From: the human T2T-CHM13v2.0 reference genome, Homo sapiens
Length of the DNA: 64,000 nt
Assembly: GCF_009914755.1 (NCBI RefSeq)
Contig: NC_060934.1
Strand: one strand, 5' to 3'
Shown: positions 30,876-43,868 of the stretch, in pieces
Position numbering within the stretch: position 1 is the stretch's first letter
How the letters are laid out: every line of letters begins with the position of its first letter
Position numbers and translations under genes: made by a program
Notes under the pieces: generated by a model
The model's database searches: none
Seen by the model: only the letters and a program-made list of their open reading frames with translations
Told to the model about the DNA's origin: nothing

Positions 30876-31129
30876 GGCTGAGCGCAGTGGTTCACAGCTA
30901 TAATGCCAGCACTCTGGGAGGATGGGGCAGGCAGATGGCGTGAGCCCAGGAGTTTGAGACCAGTCTGGACGACATGGCGAAACCCCATCTCTACAAAAAA
31001 TACAAAAATTAGCTGGGCGTGGTGGCGCATGCCTGTGGTCCCAACTACTTGGGAGGCTGAGGTGGAGGATCCCCAGAGCCCAGGAGGTCGGGGCTGCAGT
31101 GAGCCATGATTACACCACTGCACTTCAGC
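30876..31129 (+). mobile_element. AluJ lacking its 3' end and tail
   Basis: Alu body stops at cactgcacttcagc. Confidence 0.9.
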
Positions 31130-31222
31130 GGGGGCGCTTAAGACATTTTATACATATTTAAAGTGGCTCCCCAGTGATCCTGATGCTGCCTTTTGCTATG
31201 TGCAGAATGAGGCCCCTTCAGT

Positions 31223-31370
31223 TCAGTGGCTCCGGGTGGACTGCACATTAGTATCAAAAACCTTTAGACCATCCCAACACCTAAGCCCCGGATCAACTAA
31301 ATCAGAACCGCTGGGAGTCAGGACTGAGTATGGGTGTGTTTAAAAAGTTCCCTAGGTGAACTCATCCAGA
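31223..31370 (+). mobile_element. MER5-family fragment
   Basis: ctgcacattagtatca...aactaaatcagaa...ttccctaggtga. Confidence 0.6.
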
Positions 31371-31546
31371 GCCATCAGCCATCGCCTTAGCCAATGAAGA
31401 CACCGCAAACTACAAAAAAGTACTGCTTAAAATCGCTAATAAATAAATACACTCAAGATGAGTCTTTCCCAAGATCAAAGACAGCTAAAATACAATATTT
31501 CAACAAAAACAACATTTCACATTTGTATCTTTCTTAGTCTTTGTGA

Positions 31547-31865
<319 letters not shown>

Positions 31866-32680
31866 CCATCACTTATTTAATCCCTACAATGCATGAAGCT
31901 ATCATTCCCATTCTGTAATGGAGAAAGCAAAGGCTAGGAGTGACTAACAGATTTTTTTTTTGAGGGGGGAGTGAAGTTTTTCTTGAGCAAAGGTAGCTGC
32001 TCTCTGCACTTTTCTCAAATCCTCTATTTGTTGAAATGCAGTTCTTGCGTTCTTGGCTCTTTCCTGTGAGACTATGAAGAATGGAAAATGGCCCATGTAT
32101 TATTACAGATATGTCTTTAAAACGGCCCTGGTTGGCAGTAGAAAGGAGGGCTGGGGAAGGTAAATGCTGACCATGGGTTGGTAATCTTGGACCTCCTGCA
32201 GACCACCCCAGCCTGGTCTTGCTCTGGGCCGCCTCTTCTTCTCCCAGGCCCCTCGGCCTGGCTCTGCAGGCTGCTAACCAGTCCTTGTTCACTGAGCCTC
32301 CCAGGTTGGTGAATTGGTTTAGACTTGCCATCCTGGCTGCCTTCCAGACCCACCCATGGGGATTACCTCCCAGCTGCCTGGGTTGGACATATCTGCCCCC
32401 AAGGGCCTGGCTTGGCCAGAGACCACAGACAAGCACGAGGCGTGGTTAGCCTTTGAGCCCCAAACGCCTATGATGGGGCCAGGCACCTATCTGCTGCTGA
32501 GGACCTGTCTGCAGAGTTGAACTGAGTCATGCTTGAGCAGGAATGTATTCTTTTTCCAGGCCCGGTGGCCAATCATTCAGCACTCTCTACAGTATACTTA
32601 CGACATTAATGGAAATCCTAAAAAATGGCCCCTGAGGCGGGGCTAGCCCACCCTGCTTAGTTGATTTAAAAGACAAAGAG

Positions 32681-32980
32681 TGCCAGATGTGGTGGCCGAC
32701 ACCTGTTATCCCAGCGCTTTGGGAGGCCGAGGCAGGAGGATCACTTGAGGACAGGAGTTCAAGACTAGCCTGGCCAACGTAGTGAGACCCCCATCTCTAC
32801 AAAAAAATTCTAAAAAATAGCTGAGCATGGTGACATGGTCCCAGCTATTTGGGAGGCTGAGGTTGGGAGGATCATCTGAGCCCAGGGAGGTTGAGGCTGC
32901 AATGAGTCGTGATTGCACCACTGCACTGCAGCCTGGGTGACAGAGCAATAACCTGTTCCCTCCCCCACCAAAAAAAGAAA
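32681..32980 (+). mobile_element. AluJ
   Basis: AluJ-type body with degenerate tail. Confidence 0.9.
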
Positions 32981-33419
32981 GAGATGAAATGAAAGTGAGA
33001 GGTGGAGGCCAGAAGCCAGGGCTTCAAAACTCATTTGTAATCACTGGAAAGACAGAATCATCTTGACTAAGTAATTACCCCCACATACCCAGCTTGGGGA
33101 CTTTTGACTCTAAATCACGGTTTCAGAAAAGCTTCAAATGGACAAACCAGCCACATTACTGCTTGAATCTCCCAGCTGGGGGATTTTTTTTCCCCCAGGA
33201 TTCTTTCAGATTCACAGCTTGTCATGGGAAATCTTATGTGAACTTTTCGGATGCTGGTCAAATTTGGAAGGATTTCTCTAAAAGTTTCTTTTATATATGA
33301 TCTATGACAGACACACTTGATATTTAGAGTGAAGCTTTTAGGTACGTGCCCTTCAAGCACGAGAATTCTAGAAAAGTCTTCAGAAGCCATGTAAAGGGTC
33401 TACCCCCTGCCTGCCCAGG

Positions 33420-34050
33420 GGCAGGTGAAGAAGCAGGAGCAGGGGTCCTGCGGGGCTGTGCCCATCTGTGAAATCAACCCGACACCCTTGGGCACATCTT
33501 CCAGGGCGCCTCCCTCCCCTGAAAGTCCAGACATTCCAGGAGGAGGGGTGGAGCGAGGGGACGGGTGGTTTAGCCAGTGCGTTTTATTAAGGAATTATAG
33601 ACCACCAAATTACACCTAAAAATACAAAGGCCAGCTGTGCATGCTGGGTTACAAGTATTGTCATGAGCCAGCTTACAGAGGGAGGGCCAAAACCACTCAA
33701 GTCGACTTAATGAAATAAACTGGGTTACAAACACCCGTGAGAGGAGGAAAAATGAGCGACACCCCCCTTCAAGAGCCAGGCCAAGGGACATTCTTTCACT
33801 TGCTATGCTGCCTGCGCCCCCCACTCCCCACGCAATCTGGGTCCTCTCAGGCGGGGCTGGGGCTGTCAGGACTGAAGTCTCCGCGGCCAGCAGGGACGTG
33901 GCTTAATGCCACCAAACTGGACTGATAGCTGGAGAAAGCACTCTTGTCTCCCCTTTTTGAAGTGCTCTGCACCCACCGCCAGTTAACTGACTCAGAAGTG
34001 CCACTCTCCCTCAGGAAAGTTTCTCTCCTTTTCTCATATTTGGGTTGAGA
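33420..34050. promoter_or_regulatory. Repeat-free, GC/CpG-enriched candidate enhancer or promoter
   Basis: Locally retained CpGs; GC box ggcggggc, tgactca and aggaaagt motifs; motif evidence only. Confidence 0.4.
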
Positions 34051-34179
34051 GGTGTGTGTCTGAATTCAGAGGCCACTATGTAAAGGAAAGGAGGCTCAGT
34101 GTTGGTGCCTGAGGATCTTCCCGCCTTGCCTCCTGTCCCACACACCACATTCCCCTTACCAGCTTGTCACCACCCCCAA

Positions 34180-34330
34180 CACACAGGTGCACACACATAG
34201 GTACACTCACACACACACACGTGCACACATGCACACACGCACGCACGCGCTCACACACATGCATGCATACTCACAGGCACACACATGCATGCACACGCAC
34301 GCACACATGCACACACCGCATGCACGCACG
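34180..34330. repeat. (CA)/(CACG)/(CATG) alternating purine-pyrimidine tract
   Basis: Direct reading. Confidence 0.95.
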
Positions 34331-34399
34331 GTTTGATAAATCATCCATTGTGAGAGGAGCGTGGATTTGTGGAAAGAACATCCTTTGTCTTTGCAGCCA

Positions 34400-34640
34400 G
34401 GAGAACTTTGGTTGAAATCACCAGGCTCTGTCTGGGTGACTTTGAACAACTTACATCCTTCTCTGAGTTTCAATAACCTCATCTCAAAATGGTGACAATA
34501 ATAATCAAGATGGTGACATAGGCACTTCCTCGATCCGGTGGCTTTGAAAGCTGAATTAAATCATGTTTACGGTGCACTTCACGTGGCGCACCGTATGGCA
34601 CGCATGGCACCTAGAAGATGAGGCTCTGTTCATGTTAACT
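34400..34640 (+). mobile_element. MIR
   Basis: gtgactttgaacaacttacatccttctctgagtttcaat. Confidence 0.65.
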
Positions 34641-36129
34641 GCTCCCTGTTAAATGTAACATGCTTCAGAGTCCCGAACACATGTGACAATAGCTCATGCC
34701 CCCTTCTCCACCATTCACCACCACTTTCCCATGCTTCAAAGAAACGAAAGAGGAGCTTCTGGTCCCACCTGATAGACGGCCCTGGAGATGCACCATGGTT
34801 TTAGCAGCAGCTGCAGAACTCGAATGTTCCTCACTTGGCAGGTCCTCAGCGCCCGACAAGTCAGGTTCCAACTCCACGGTGGGTCCTCAGAGCCAAGCAG
34901 CCCAGCAGCCATGCCAGCCCCAGACTCTGCCGCCAACCCTCTGGTCCCTGGCCCCACATCCAGGGCTGTGTTCTTTTAGTGACACAAAGTGCCAATGTCA
35001 GTAAGATTTAATCAGGCAAGGAAAAAATGCAGTCCAAATAACTCTGATTCCTCTGACTCTCCTCCCCCTACCTACCCTCACCACCACCCTCACTAATCCT
35101 CAGAGACTGCTTTCCTTCAAGGATAAGCAAAAGGCTCTTAACTCCCTCCCAAAGTGTTTTCTCCTTGTCTCTGGGGACTCACCAGGGACAAGGTAAAAAT
35201 AAACCTCAGTGTGCAGATAACGGCACATCCCTGTTTCTCAGTGGACTGAGGCTGGCTCTTTGGCAGATCAAACAGAACTTAGGGAAGACCTCAGACCCAG
35301 AAGCACCACCGAGTGTTGGGATCCCCTCCAGGGTGAGAAAGCTAAGAGCAGAGAGCTGCAGCCTTCCCTGCAACATTCCCCAGACATTCCATCCCTTTTC
35401 TTAACTCTTTACAACTTGGAGAACCCATGAGTTTCCACAAGGTCAAGCAAAAAGTCCCATTCTGTAGCAGCACTGGAGAAATTGCTATTTCTGTGGGCAA
35501 TTTGTAAGAAGCCAGGCATTTTCTTTGGAAGCGTCCCAAGTTTAGGTTGGGATTGAAATGGCTGGAAAGAATACTTATCTGATGGATTTCATATCAACAT
35601 CCAAGATTTGGAGGAAAGCAGGGAAAAGGAGGTAAAGTCAACCTATCCCGTTTTTTTTTTCGCCCCGCATGAGGGGTTACTTCCTATAAACCGTCTTGCT
35701 ATTTTAATGCATGTTGGGTAAGCTACAGGTAGAAATTAACTCAAGGAAAGTCCTTCAATTAAACGTGTCATAACCATTGGAATTTCATAAGTTGTTTTGA
35801 TTGTTGATTATTTTAGAATGGCATCTGCATCCTAATTCAATAAATTACATACCAAAAGGTGAGATTCCAAAGCTGGAAGGGAAAGAAGGGGGGAGGGGAG
35901 AATGCAGCCACGACCTAGCTGTACAATTAAGACAAAGAGCATGTTTAATCTTTAATGTCATTTTGATTGCACAGTCCTGAAAAATCATGGTAAGTCATAA
36001 GGCATGTTTGCCTTCTCCACATTCCATTTGTTTATTTATTATCTGTCTCTTCGACCTTAACTAATACCATCAGAAAAGTAGAAATGTAAAATCTACTAAT
36101 CTACTGGAGCGTCCTGGAGTCCTTTGTAA

Positions 36130-36300
36130 CCTCAGTTTGAATTTGGCTCTGTCATTTTCTGTGTGGCCTCAGACAAATTAATTAACTCCTCTGACTTATT
36201 TCTTGATCTGACCGATGGAAATAATACCTACCTCACTAGGTTGTGAGGATTAAATGAGGTCACTTACTTAAAGTGGATAATAAAGACCATGGCATGAGGC
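36130..36300 (+). mobile_element. MIR
   Basis: tttgaatttggctctgtca...gttgtgaggattaaatgag. Confidence 0.75.
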
Positions 36301-36472
36301 TGATATTTTTTCCCCCACTTATGATCTGGTAATTCAAGGACATTATCTACCACTGATAATATGAAACCCTTAGGATAAAAATTTGTGGTTCTCTAAATTA
36401 TGTTCTTTTAATACGTTTTCTCCTTTTGCTTTGAATTTATGCATTAATTTGTTTAATTAATATAATGCAGCC

Positions 36473-36599
36473 TTTATTTATTTTTGGGGGAGTTTCTCTA
36501 TGTTGCCCAGGCTGATCTCAAGCTCCTGGCCTCCTGTGATCATCCTGCCTCAGCCTCCCAAAATGCTGGGATTACAGGCATGAGCTACCTCACCTGGCC
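36473..36599 (-). mobile_element. FLAM / Alu left monomer
   Basis: Reverse-complement monomer. Confidence 0.85.
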
Positions 36600-36792
36600 C
36601 ATTTTAATGTAAACTCTTTTTTGGATAGTTTTATCATTTTTCCATGAATAATCACCCTAAGGCAAAACACGGTGCATAATTTTATTCCTGTGTACTATTC
36701 CCTTATTTTTGCACCCCAGTAATGAAAAGCAGGTGGGTACTACAGAATCTTGCCTTTCTACAAAAACCCCATCACCAGAAAGTTTTATCTAA

Positions 36793-36916
36793 GAGGGAAG
36801 AGAAGTGAGGGGAGGGGAAGGAAGGTAGGACGATAGGAAGATAAGAAGAAAGGAAGGAAGGGAAGAAGGAAGGAGGAAGGCAGGGAGGGAGGGTGAAAGG
36901 GAGGGAGGGTGAAGAG
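36793..36916. repeat. GA-rich polypurine tract
   Basis: Direct reading; agggagggagggtgaa occurs twice. Confidence 0.9.
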
Positions 36917-37134
36917 TAAATTAAATTAAAAAGCATACAGTACGCAGAAAATGATGCTTACATTAACATTAGCTAACTGCATTGGTATTTTCATGAAAAA
37001 ACACATGCAAGATATATTATAGTTAGTTTCAGTGTGTGTGCTCTGAACTAATGCTCTCCAACCTCTGGAGATCTTGGCTGTGAACCAGACTCTTATCCAA
37101 AGCATGTAATTATGGACTGGATAGGGACAGTTCT

Positions 37135-37229
37135 TTTTTTTTTTTTTTTTTTTTTCTGAGACAGAGTCTTGCTCAGTCGCCCAGGCTGGAGTGCAGTGGT
37201 GCGATTTCGGCTCACTGAAAGCTCCACCT
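37135..37229 (-). mobile_element. Severely 5'-truncated Alu (3' ~73 nt plus tail)
   Basis: Exact 18-bp TSD ctggatagggacagttct at 37117-37134 and 37230-37247. Confidence 0.95.
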
Positions 37230-37632
37230 CTGGATAGGGACAGTTCTAAAGGCATTGTTTTATTCTACGACGAAGTAAAGTGACTTTAAAAATTAAAAAA
37301 GTGAAATATATATATTTAGCTTATGGTCTGGGAATCTTTTGAGTATAAAGGTGCTATAATAAGCTCTTTTGAAAAATGACTGAATATAAACAAGAATTCC
37401 CAAGAACAGCAAGACCTACTCAAGCTGCCCTGATATCTTTACCATTTGCGGGGATGAGTGGCGTGCTTTAGTGGGGCTTGCTCTGGAGTCTGGAATCGGA
37501 GCCTGGTGACACCAGCAGCAGACGCCTGTCTCTGTGCCCATGGAAGCTCGGGGTGACAGTGCCGTTGGAGGATGCTGCCTGATTTCACTGGTCCTGTATC
37601 TTCAATCATCTACATGATTCTGCCCTAGCCTT

Positions 37633-37951
<319 letters not shown>

Positions 37952-38092
37952 TAAATCGCTAATTCAGAGTTTCACAAGGCAGCTCCCCACATGGCCTCTG
38001 AGAGGCTGTGCATGCAAGTGGCATGACTGCCATTGAGAACAATGCCCTTGCTTTTCAAAGGGATTTAGAAACCTCAGAGCAATTCACTATAG

Positions 38093-38880
38093 GTGTGTGT
38101 GTGTCTGTGTGAGTGCATGTGTGTGTCTGTGCGTGTCTGAGTATGCATGTGCGTGTCTCTGAGTCTGTGTGTGTATGTGTGTCCATGTGTGCCTGTGGGT
38201 ATGTGTGTGTGTGCCTGGCTCTGTGAGTCTCTATGTATGTACCTGTGTGTGTGTGTCTACTGTGTGTCTGTGAGTCTGTCTTTGTGAGTCTCTGTGTCTG
38301 TGTGTATGTCTATCATATGTTAATGTGTGTGTGTATGTGTGTGTGTGCCTATCTCTGAGCCTCTATGTATGTGTCTGTGTCTGTGTATATGTCTATCATA
38401 TGTTAATGTGTGTGTGTATGTGTGTGTGTGCCTATCTCTGAGCCTCTATGTATGTGTCTGTGTCTGTGTGTATGTGTGTGTCTACTGCATATGTCTTTGT
38501 CTCTGTGTGTGTGTCTGTGCATATGTGTCTGTGCGTATGTGTGTCTCATGTCTATTCGTGTGTCTGTTTGTCTATTATGTGTCTGTGTGTCATTGTGTGT
38601 CTGTGTATGCATCTATGTATGTGTGTACTGTGTCTGTGTGTTTGTGTGGGTCATTGTGTATCTATGTGTGTGTCTGTGTCTGTCTCTGTGAATCTCTGTG
38701 TGTGTCTGTCTCGTGTGTGTCTATGTGTGTGTCTATCCATGTGTGTGTGAATCTCTATGTGTGTTTGTGTCTGTGTGTTTTATGGGGGTCATTATCTCTG
38801 TGTGTGTCTGTGTGTCTCTGTGAATCTCTCTGAATCTCTATATATGTGTCTGTCTCTTGTGTTTCTATGTGTGTGTGTAC
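38093..38880. repeat. Degenerate (TG)n-rich tract with an 83-bp higher-order duplication
   Basis: Direct reading; ORFs at 38327 and 38410 begin with the same peptide. Confidence 0.95.
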
Positions 38881-40594
38881 ACACCTTCATCTTACAGAGG
38901 AGGTCCCAGCACAGATGGTGCAAGCAGCCAGCCAGACCTCCTGCACACTGTGACGAAGCTGGAGCAAGACACCAGGGCTCACCAGGTGAACATGTGACCT
39001 GGACCGGTCTAACTCCCAACCTCTCTTCATCACTTTCCTTATTCTTTTCTCAAGAATTATAGAAAATAAGCATCTTCTAGGTAGTTTACCACTTAGACAG
39101 TTGATCGCAAAACCTAAAGGGTAATGGACGAGGACAGAGTGACCTCTTGGTGTCTAAAGGGTAGGGAATACCATGTTAGACACCAGGAAGACAGAGTAAG
39201 GAGCAGTCACTGTCTCACTCCTCCTTCCATGAGACTTTTGCTACTATTAGGGGTGAAAAGAGTCAAGCATTGAGTTAGCTGGCCAGATGGGGTGAGTTGC
39301 TGAGTGTTTGTCTATTGTAAGTCCTGGGGAAACATCCCAAGGAGAAGCTGAGGTCTTGGTCCTGGGATTGCACATTGGGGAAGGGAACTTGGGCTGGGAG
39401 CCCTAACTCAGTGGCTGACCTGGGAGGGAGGCAGGTGTTGCTGATGCCAGGAGTTCCCCTGCCCAAAGACAGGACAGAAGAGGAGGTGGGACCTTGGCAT
39501 GGCAGGGAAGACTGCCAGGTACGGACTCCCAGCCCCATCCCCTGCAGCTCCCACCTCCGTCCCACTGGTTAATCATCTTCCCTATCTCGGAGTTTCTGTG
39601 TTTTCTATCCCGGCTCCCAGACCCTCGTTCACTGCTTCTGTAAAGACAGAGGAATTTTTTTTTAAGCAACAAATGCCTTTGCCTGGCTCTGGGAATGTTT
39701 TAAGACATAATTACTGCCTTGAAAAGGAATAGGAAAAACTCAGTTGCAAGTAATGTGTAGTGCTATTATGAACAAAATTTGCAAATACATAAATACACAG
39801 AAAACAGCATACACATGGAGAAGTATATTTATAGCAACTAAAGAAATATGTTCAGAAGTGCAATCTAATGTCACCCATCTTAATCATTCAGGGATTATTT
39901 ATTGCTATCTGTTTGTAAAAACGTCAGCCATAAGATTGGCTGAAGAACTATTCTATCTCAGGTCAAAGTCAGCTACTAGTGCAAATAGCATTTTTAAAAA
40001 GACTTTCTTGGATTCATTTTGTTATCTTTTACTGATCTGATCTCAAGGTAAAGGACAATTTCTCCAAGAGCAAAGCCCAGTACAGTTGAGGCCTAATATC
40101 AAGAAACTTCAAGGAATTAACGCCTTAGCCTAAGTCAGATCTGTTCTCTTGGAAGAACAAAAGAAGATCAATAGCCGATTTATTCCAAAGTGAGAAGGTG
40201 ATAGGAAAATAAATAAATCCACAAGAGTGAGAGGGAAAGGCAGATATGCACTCAGAAATGCCCATCGGTCGTATTTTCTGGTTTTGTAGAAAGCAGATTT
40301 ATTTTGTGCTTTGTGAGCAGTGAGCAGGCGTCCTCTACTTCTGTGTCACGTAAGGACTTTTCCAGGTCTTAACTACTAATCGGTGTTTTAATGCCACATT
40401 CCTTTCCTGCCTTCCAACACAAGACTCAAACTGAGGTTTAAATTTACTGCAAATTTCTTTCTTTCCATCCACTGAATGCCGTTAAGCAATCTCCATGTGT
40501 AATCAAAATGCTGGGTAGCAGTAGTGTTGGAAGCTTTGTTCTTTAAATGAAGGTGGCCTGTCACTCTTTGTCAGTGCTCTTAAAAACGTAAAAA

Positions 40595-41290
40595 TACCTT
40601 ATTGAGATATAATTGATATACCATATACTTCAGTCATTTAAAATGTACAATTCAGTGGTTTCTTAGTTTAATCATAGGATTCTACAACCATTGCCACAAT
40701 CTAATTTTAGAACATTTTCATCCCCCAAAAGAAAACCACACCCATTAGCTGTCATTGTCATTCCCCATTTCTCTTCATTCCCCCTAGCTACTGGCAGCCT
40801 TTAGTCTCCTTTCTGTCTCCATAGATTTGCCTCTTTTGGACATTTTATATTAATGGGGTCTTTGTGGCTGACTTCTTTCACTTAGCGTAATGTTTTCAAG
40901 ATTCATCCATATTGTAGCATGTGCCAGTACGTTTCTTTTCTTTGCTGAATAATATTTGATTATGTGGATAGACCATGTTTTGTTTATCCATGCATCAGTT
41001 GATGGACATGTGGGTTGTTCCCACTCTCTGGCTACTATCAATGATGCTGCTATAAACACTTGTGTAAGCATTTTTGTGAGGTGTATGTTTTTCTTGTCTC
41101 TTGGGCACATACCTCGGAGTGGAATTGCTGGGTCAGATGGTCATTCTTTGTTGAACCATTTGAGGAACTGCCAGACAGTTTTCCAAAGCAGCTGTACCAT
41201 TTTACATTTCCACCAGCAGTGTGTGAAGGTTCCAATTTCTCTACCTCCTTGCCAATCTTGTTTCTGATTACAGCCATCCTAGTGTTAAGT
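40595..41290 (-). mobile_element. L1MB-type 3' fragment
   Basis: ORF 40850-41110 (VFIAASLIVAREWEQPTCPS) is a degenerate L1 ORF2 C-terminus; L1M 3'UTR. Confidence 0.88.
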
Positions 41291-43105
41291 GGTGGTGTTC
41301 TTGGTTTTCTAGCTGGATTCTATGACGTGGCCTTTGGGTAGGATAGGGTGGAGGCAGCAACAGAAAGGGCTGCTTTTAGGGGGCTGGTGTGCTGTCCCCC
41401 ATGCTTTAGCCCCCAGCAGGCTGCAGCAGATGGAATCTGGGGAAAAGAGGCTGGAGTACAGAAGAGCCCAGAATGTCCTCTTCCTCTCTCAACAGCCCCT
41501 CCATACCACCTTCTTCTGCTCCTGACTCTCTCACACCCACCATGGGGCAAAAGTCCAAATATTTTTGGAAGTTACCATTTGCCATTTTCTAATCCGGGTT
41601 CCACTTCCTTGGAAAAAAAAATGCTATTTAGAAATAGCACTGGTACGGCTAACTGAGTGGGTGATATGCAAAACCCAAACCCAAACAGTCTTTTGAAATC
41701 CCAAGGCATTTCAGGATTGCTAACTCACACATTTAATCCCATATTTGGGTCTGGAAAACGTCCCAGCTCCAACCAAGAGTCATCATGGCATCATCGTTTC
41801 TCAACCTGAGAACCCAAAAAACTCATTTATATAAATGCTAGGAAACTCACTGTGTTCATCTTGGGGACTGGAGAATAACCTTTTAAAAATGCTTTGCTGT
41901 GTATATAAAAATATTTTGGGTCCCTGGGAAAGTACAGGAGAGGCAGGAGCTGCCCTCTGACTTAAGCACTCCCAAGCAGCAAGCCAAGAGCTATGCTTAG
42001 AAATATTCCCCGCAAGCTCCACCCATGATTATACAAGTGATCCTATGGCCATAAAAGTGATGTCATCTATCAATTACCCCTTAGGAAAGTAAGCTGCCAT
42101 ATGCACACCAGGCCCCAGTAGAAATAAAACCAGAGCCGCCTGAATTAAATCAGTCCAGGCCATGAGTTGGAAATTAAATGCCCTCAGACCCTCTTTTCTT
42201 AATCTCCTGTTATTTGGTTTCCACGAAATTCATCCTTTCCCAAGGATGATTTTTGAGTACGTACTTCGCAAGCATGCATATGTGTAATCAAAGCCTTATG
42301 TGAAAAAAAATACATATTTGTTTTGTTTAGGGGTTACATGCAGGTTTGGGGCCTGGTGGGAGTGAAGTTGTAAAGTGGGGGTCCTGCTCATAAGAAAAGG
42401 AGGTCTGCTTGCTTGAGAAAGGGGTCCCCAGAGAGAAGGGCAGGTGGGCCTAGAGTCACTTCCTTTTCGCAGAGGACGATTAAGCTGACTTTATGCTCAT
42501 AGGAGAGTTGTTTGGGAGATAATTAACACTTCCTTTCCAAAGAGGAATTAAGAGGTTAGAAAATGTGTGTCTAGAAGCTGGGAAGAGGTTGGAGGATTGC
42601 TCAGTGAGGAGCAGCAAGTCAGTGTCTCTTTCAGATATGAAGGAGGTGAAGTAGAATTTATAAGAGGTAAAAAGAGCTAAGAACACTTTGTTTTAACCTA
42701 TAACTTAAATTCCTTTGAACTCTTGACTCGTTGGGGGTATTACATTGTTTATAGTAGGTATTAGAGGGGTTTTCAGTTTTCAATGCTCTATTCATTTCTC
42801 AGTCTCTTTGCTCTCTAAAACTCATCTTCCTAAAGTAGCAGTCTTTCTTTTTAAAAAATCTCTAGCGTCTTGAGTGTAATGGGAATGTAATGACTACTGA
42901 ATGAATGAAACTATGTATGTTCTATTAAAACACAGGCTATGGCTTCTCTTGCTGCTTTTAGGTGGCCATGCCTACATAAAATCCACCCTGGTGCAGCTGA
43001 AACTCTCTAACAGGCAGGGCCATTGTACTTCTCATGTTGGCTTCTCAAGAGCGGGTCTATGAGCACCCCATTCCCTTTCTTATTTGGAAAGAAAACAACA
43101 CTCAC

Positions 43106-43439
43106 CACGGCATTCACAATGCTGGGGACCTGATGAATGGGAATGGAGAGGCTGCACTAATGTAAGTGGGGTCAACATCCCTGCTGGAGGGCAGATGCAA
43201 TTTTGGCAAACTAATGACTTTTGGAAGCCATTTTCTAGACTGCATTTTTCTCTTCTTTCTTAGAATGCTTTTCTCAAGGGGAAAAAGAAAGCAGAGGTGT
43301 AAATGGTATCTGGCCGTTCGAAGAGCCCGTCTGGGAGACTCTCTGCTGACCACAGCACTGTCTCTCCCCAGGGCCCAGTCCCACAGTGTCACTGAGTCCA
43401 GAGTCGGGACTCCAACAAGCCCTCCGCATTCCAGCATGA
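43106..43439 (-). other. Candidate spliced exon, 334 nt (lncRNA or 5'UTR/uORF)
   Basis: T-rich acceptor ending ttaccacag| and donor GTG|gtgagt around non-repetitive sequence. Confidence 0.4.
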
Positions 43440-43548
43440 CTGTGGTAAAAACAAAAAAAATCTATTTTATTCTAGTCCATCACATTTTCTATATTTGCTA
43501 AAGAAATCTCGATCACTCCATAAATGATCGGTTAAAATTAAAAATATA

Positions 43549-43868
<320 letters not shown>

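Noticed and set aside
31873-32436. Longest ORF in the track (187 aa, minus strand)
   Set aside because: Non-ATG start, runs into a MIR, no recognisable homology.
33885-33900. CTCF-like ggccagcagggacg (also weak matches near 13552, 48912 and 58983)
   Set aside because: Each has a spacing error or two or more core mismatches.
38327-39062. Cys/Val-rich and His/Thr-rich ORFs (also 34076-34482)
   Set aside because: Artefacts of TG/CA simple repeats.
39275-39732. Overlapping 65-96 aa ORFs in unique GC-richer DNA
   Set aside because: No recognisable domain or convincing splice boundaries; expected by chance at this GC content.
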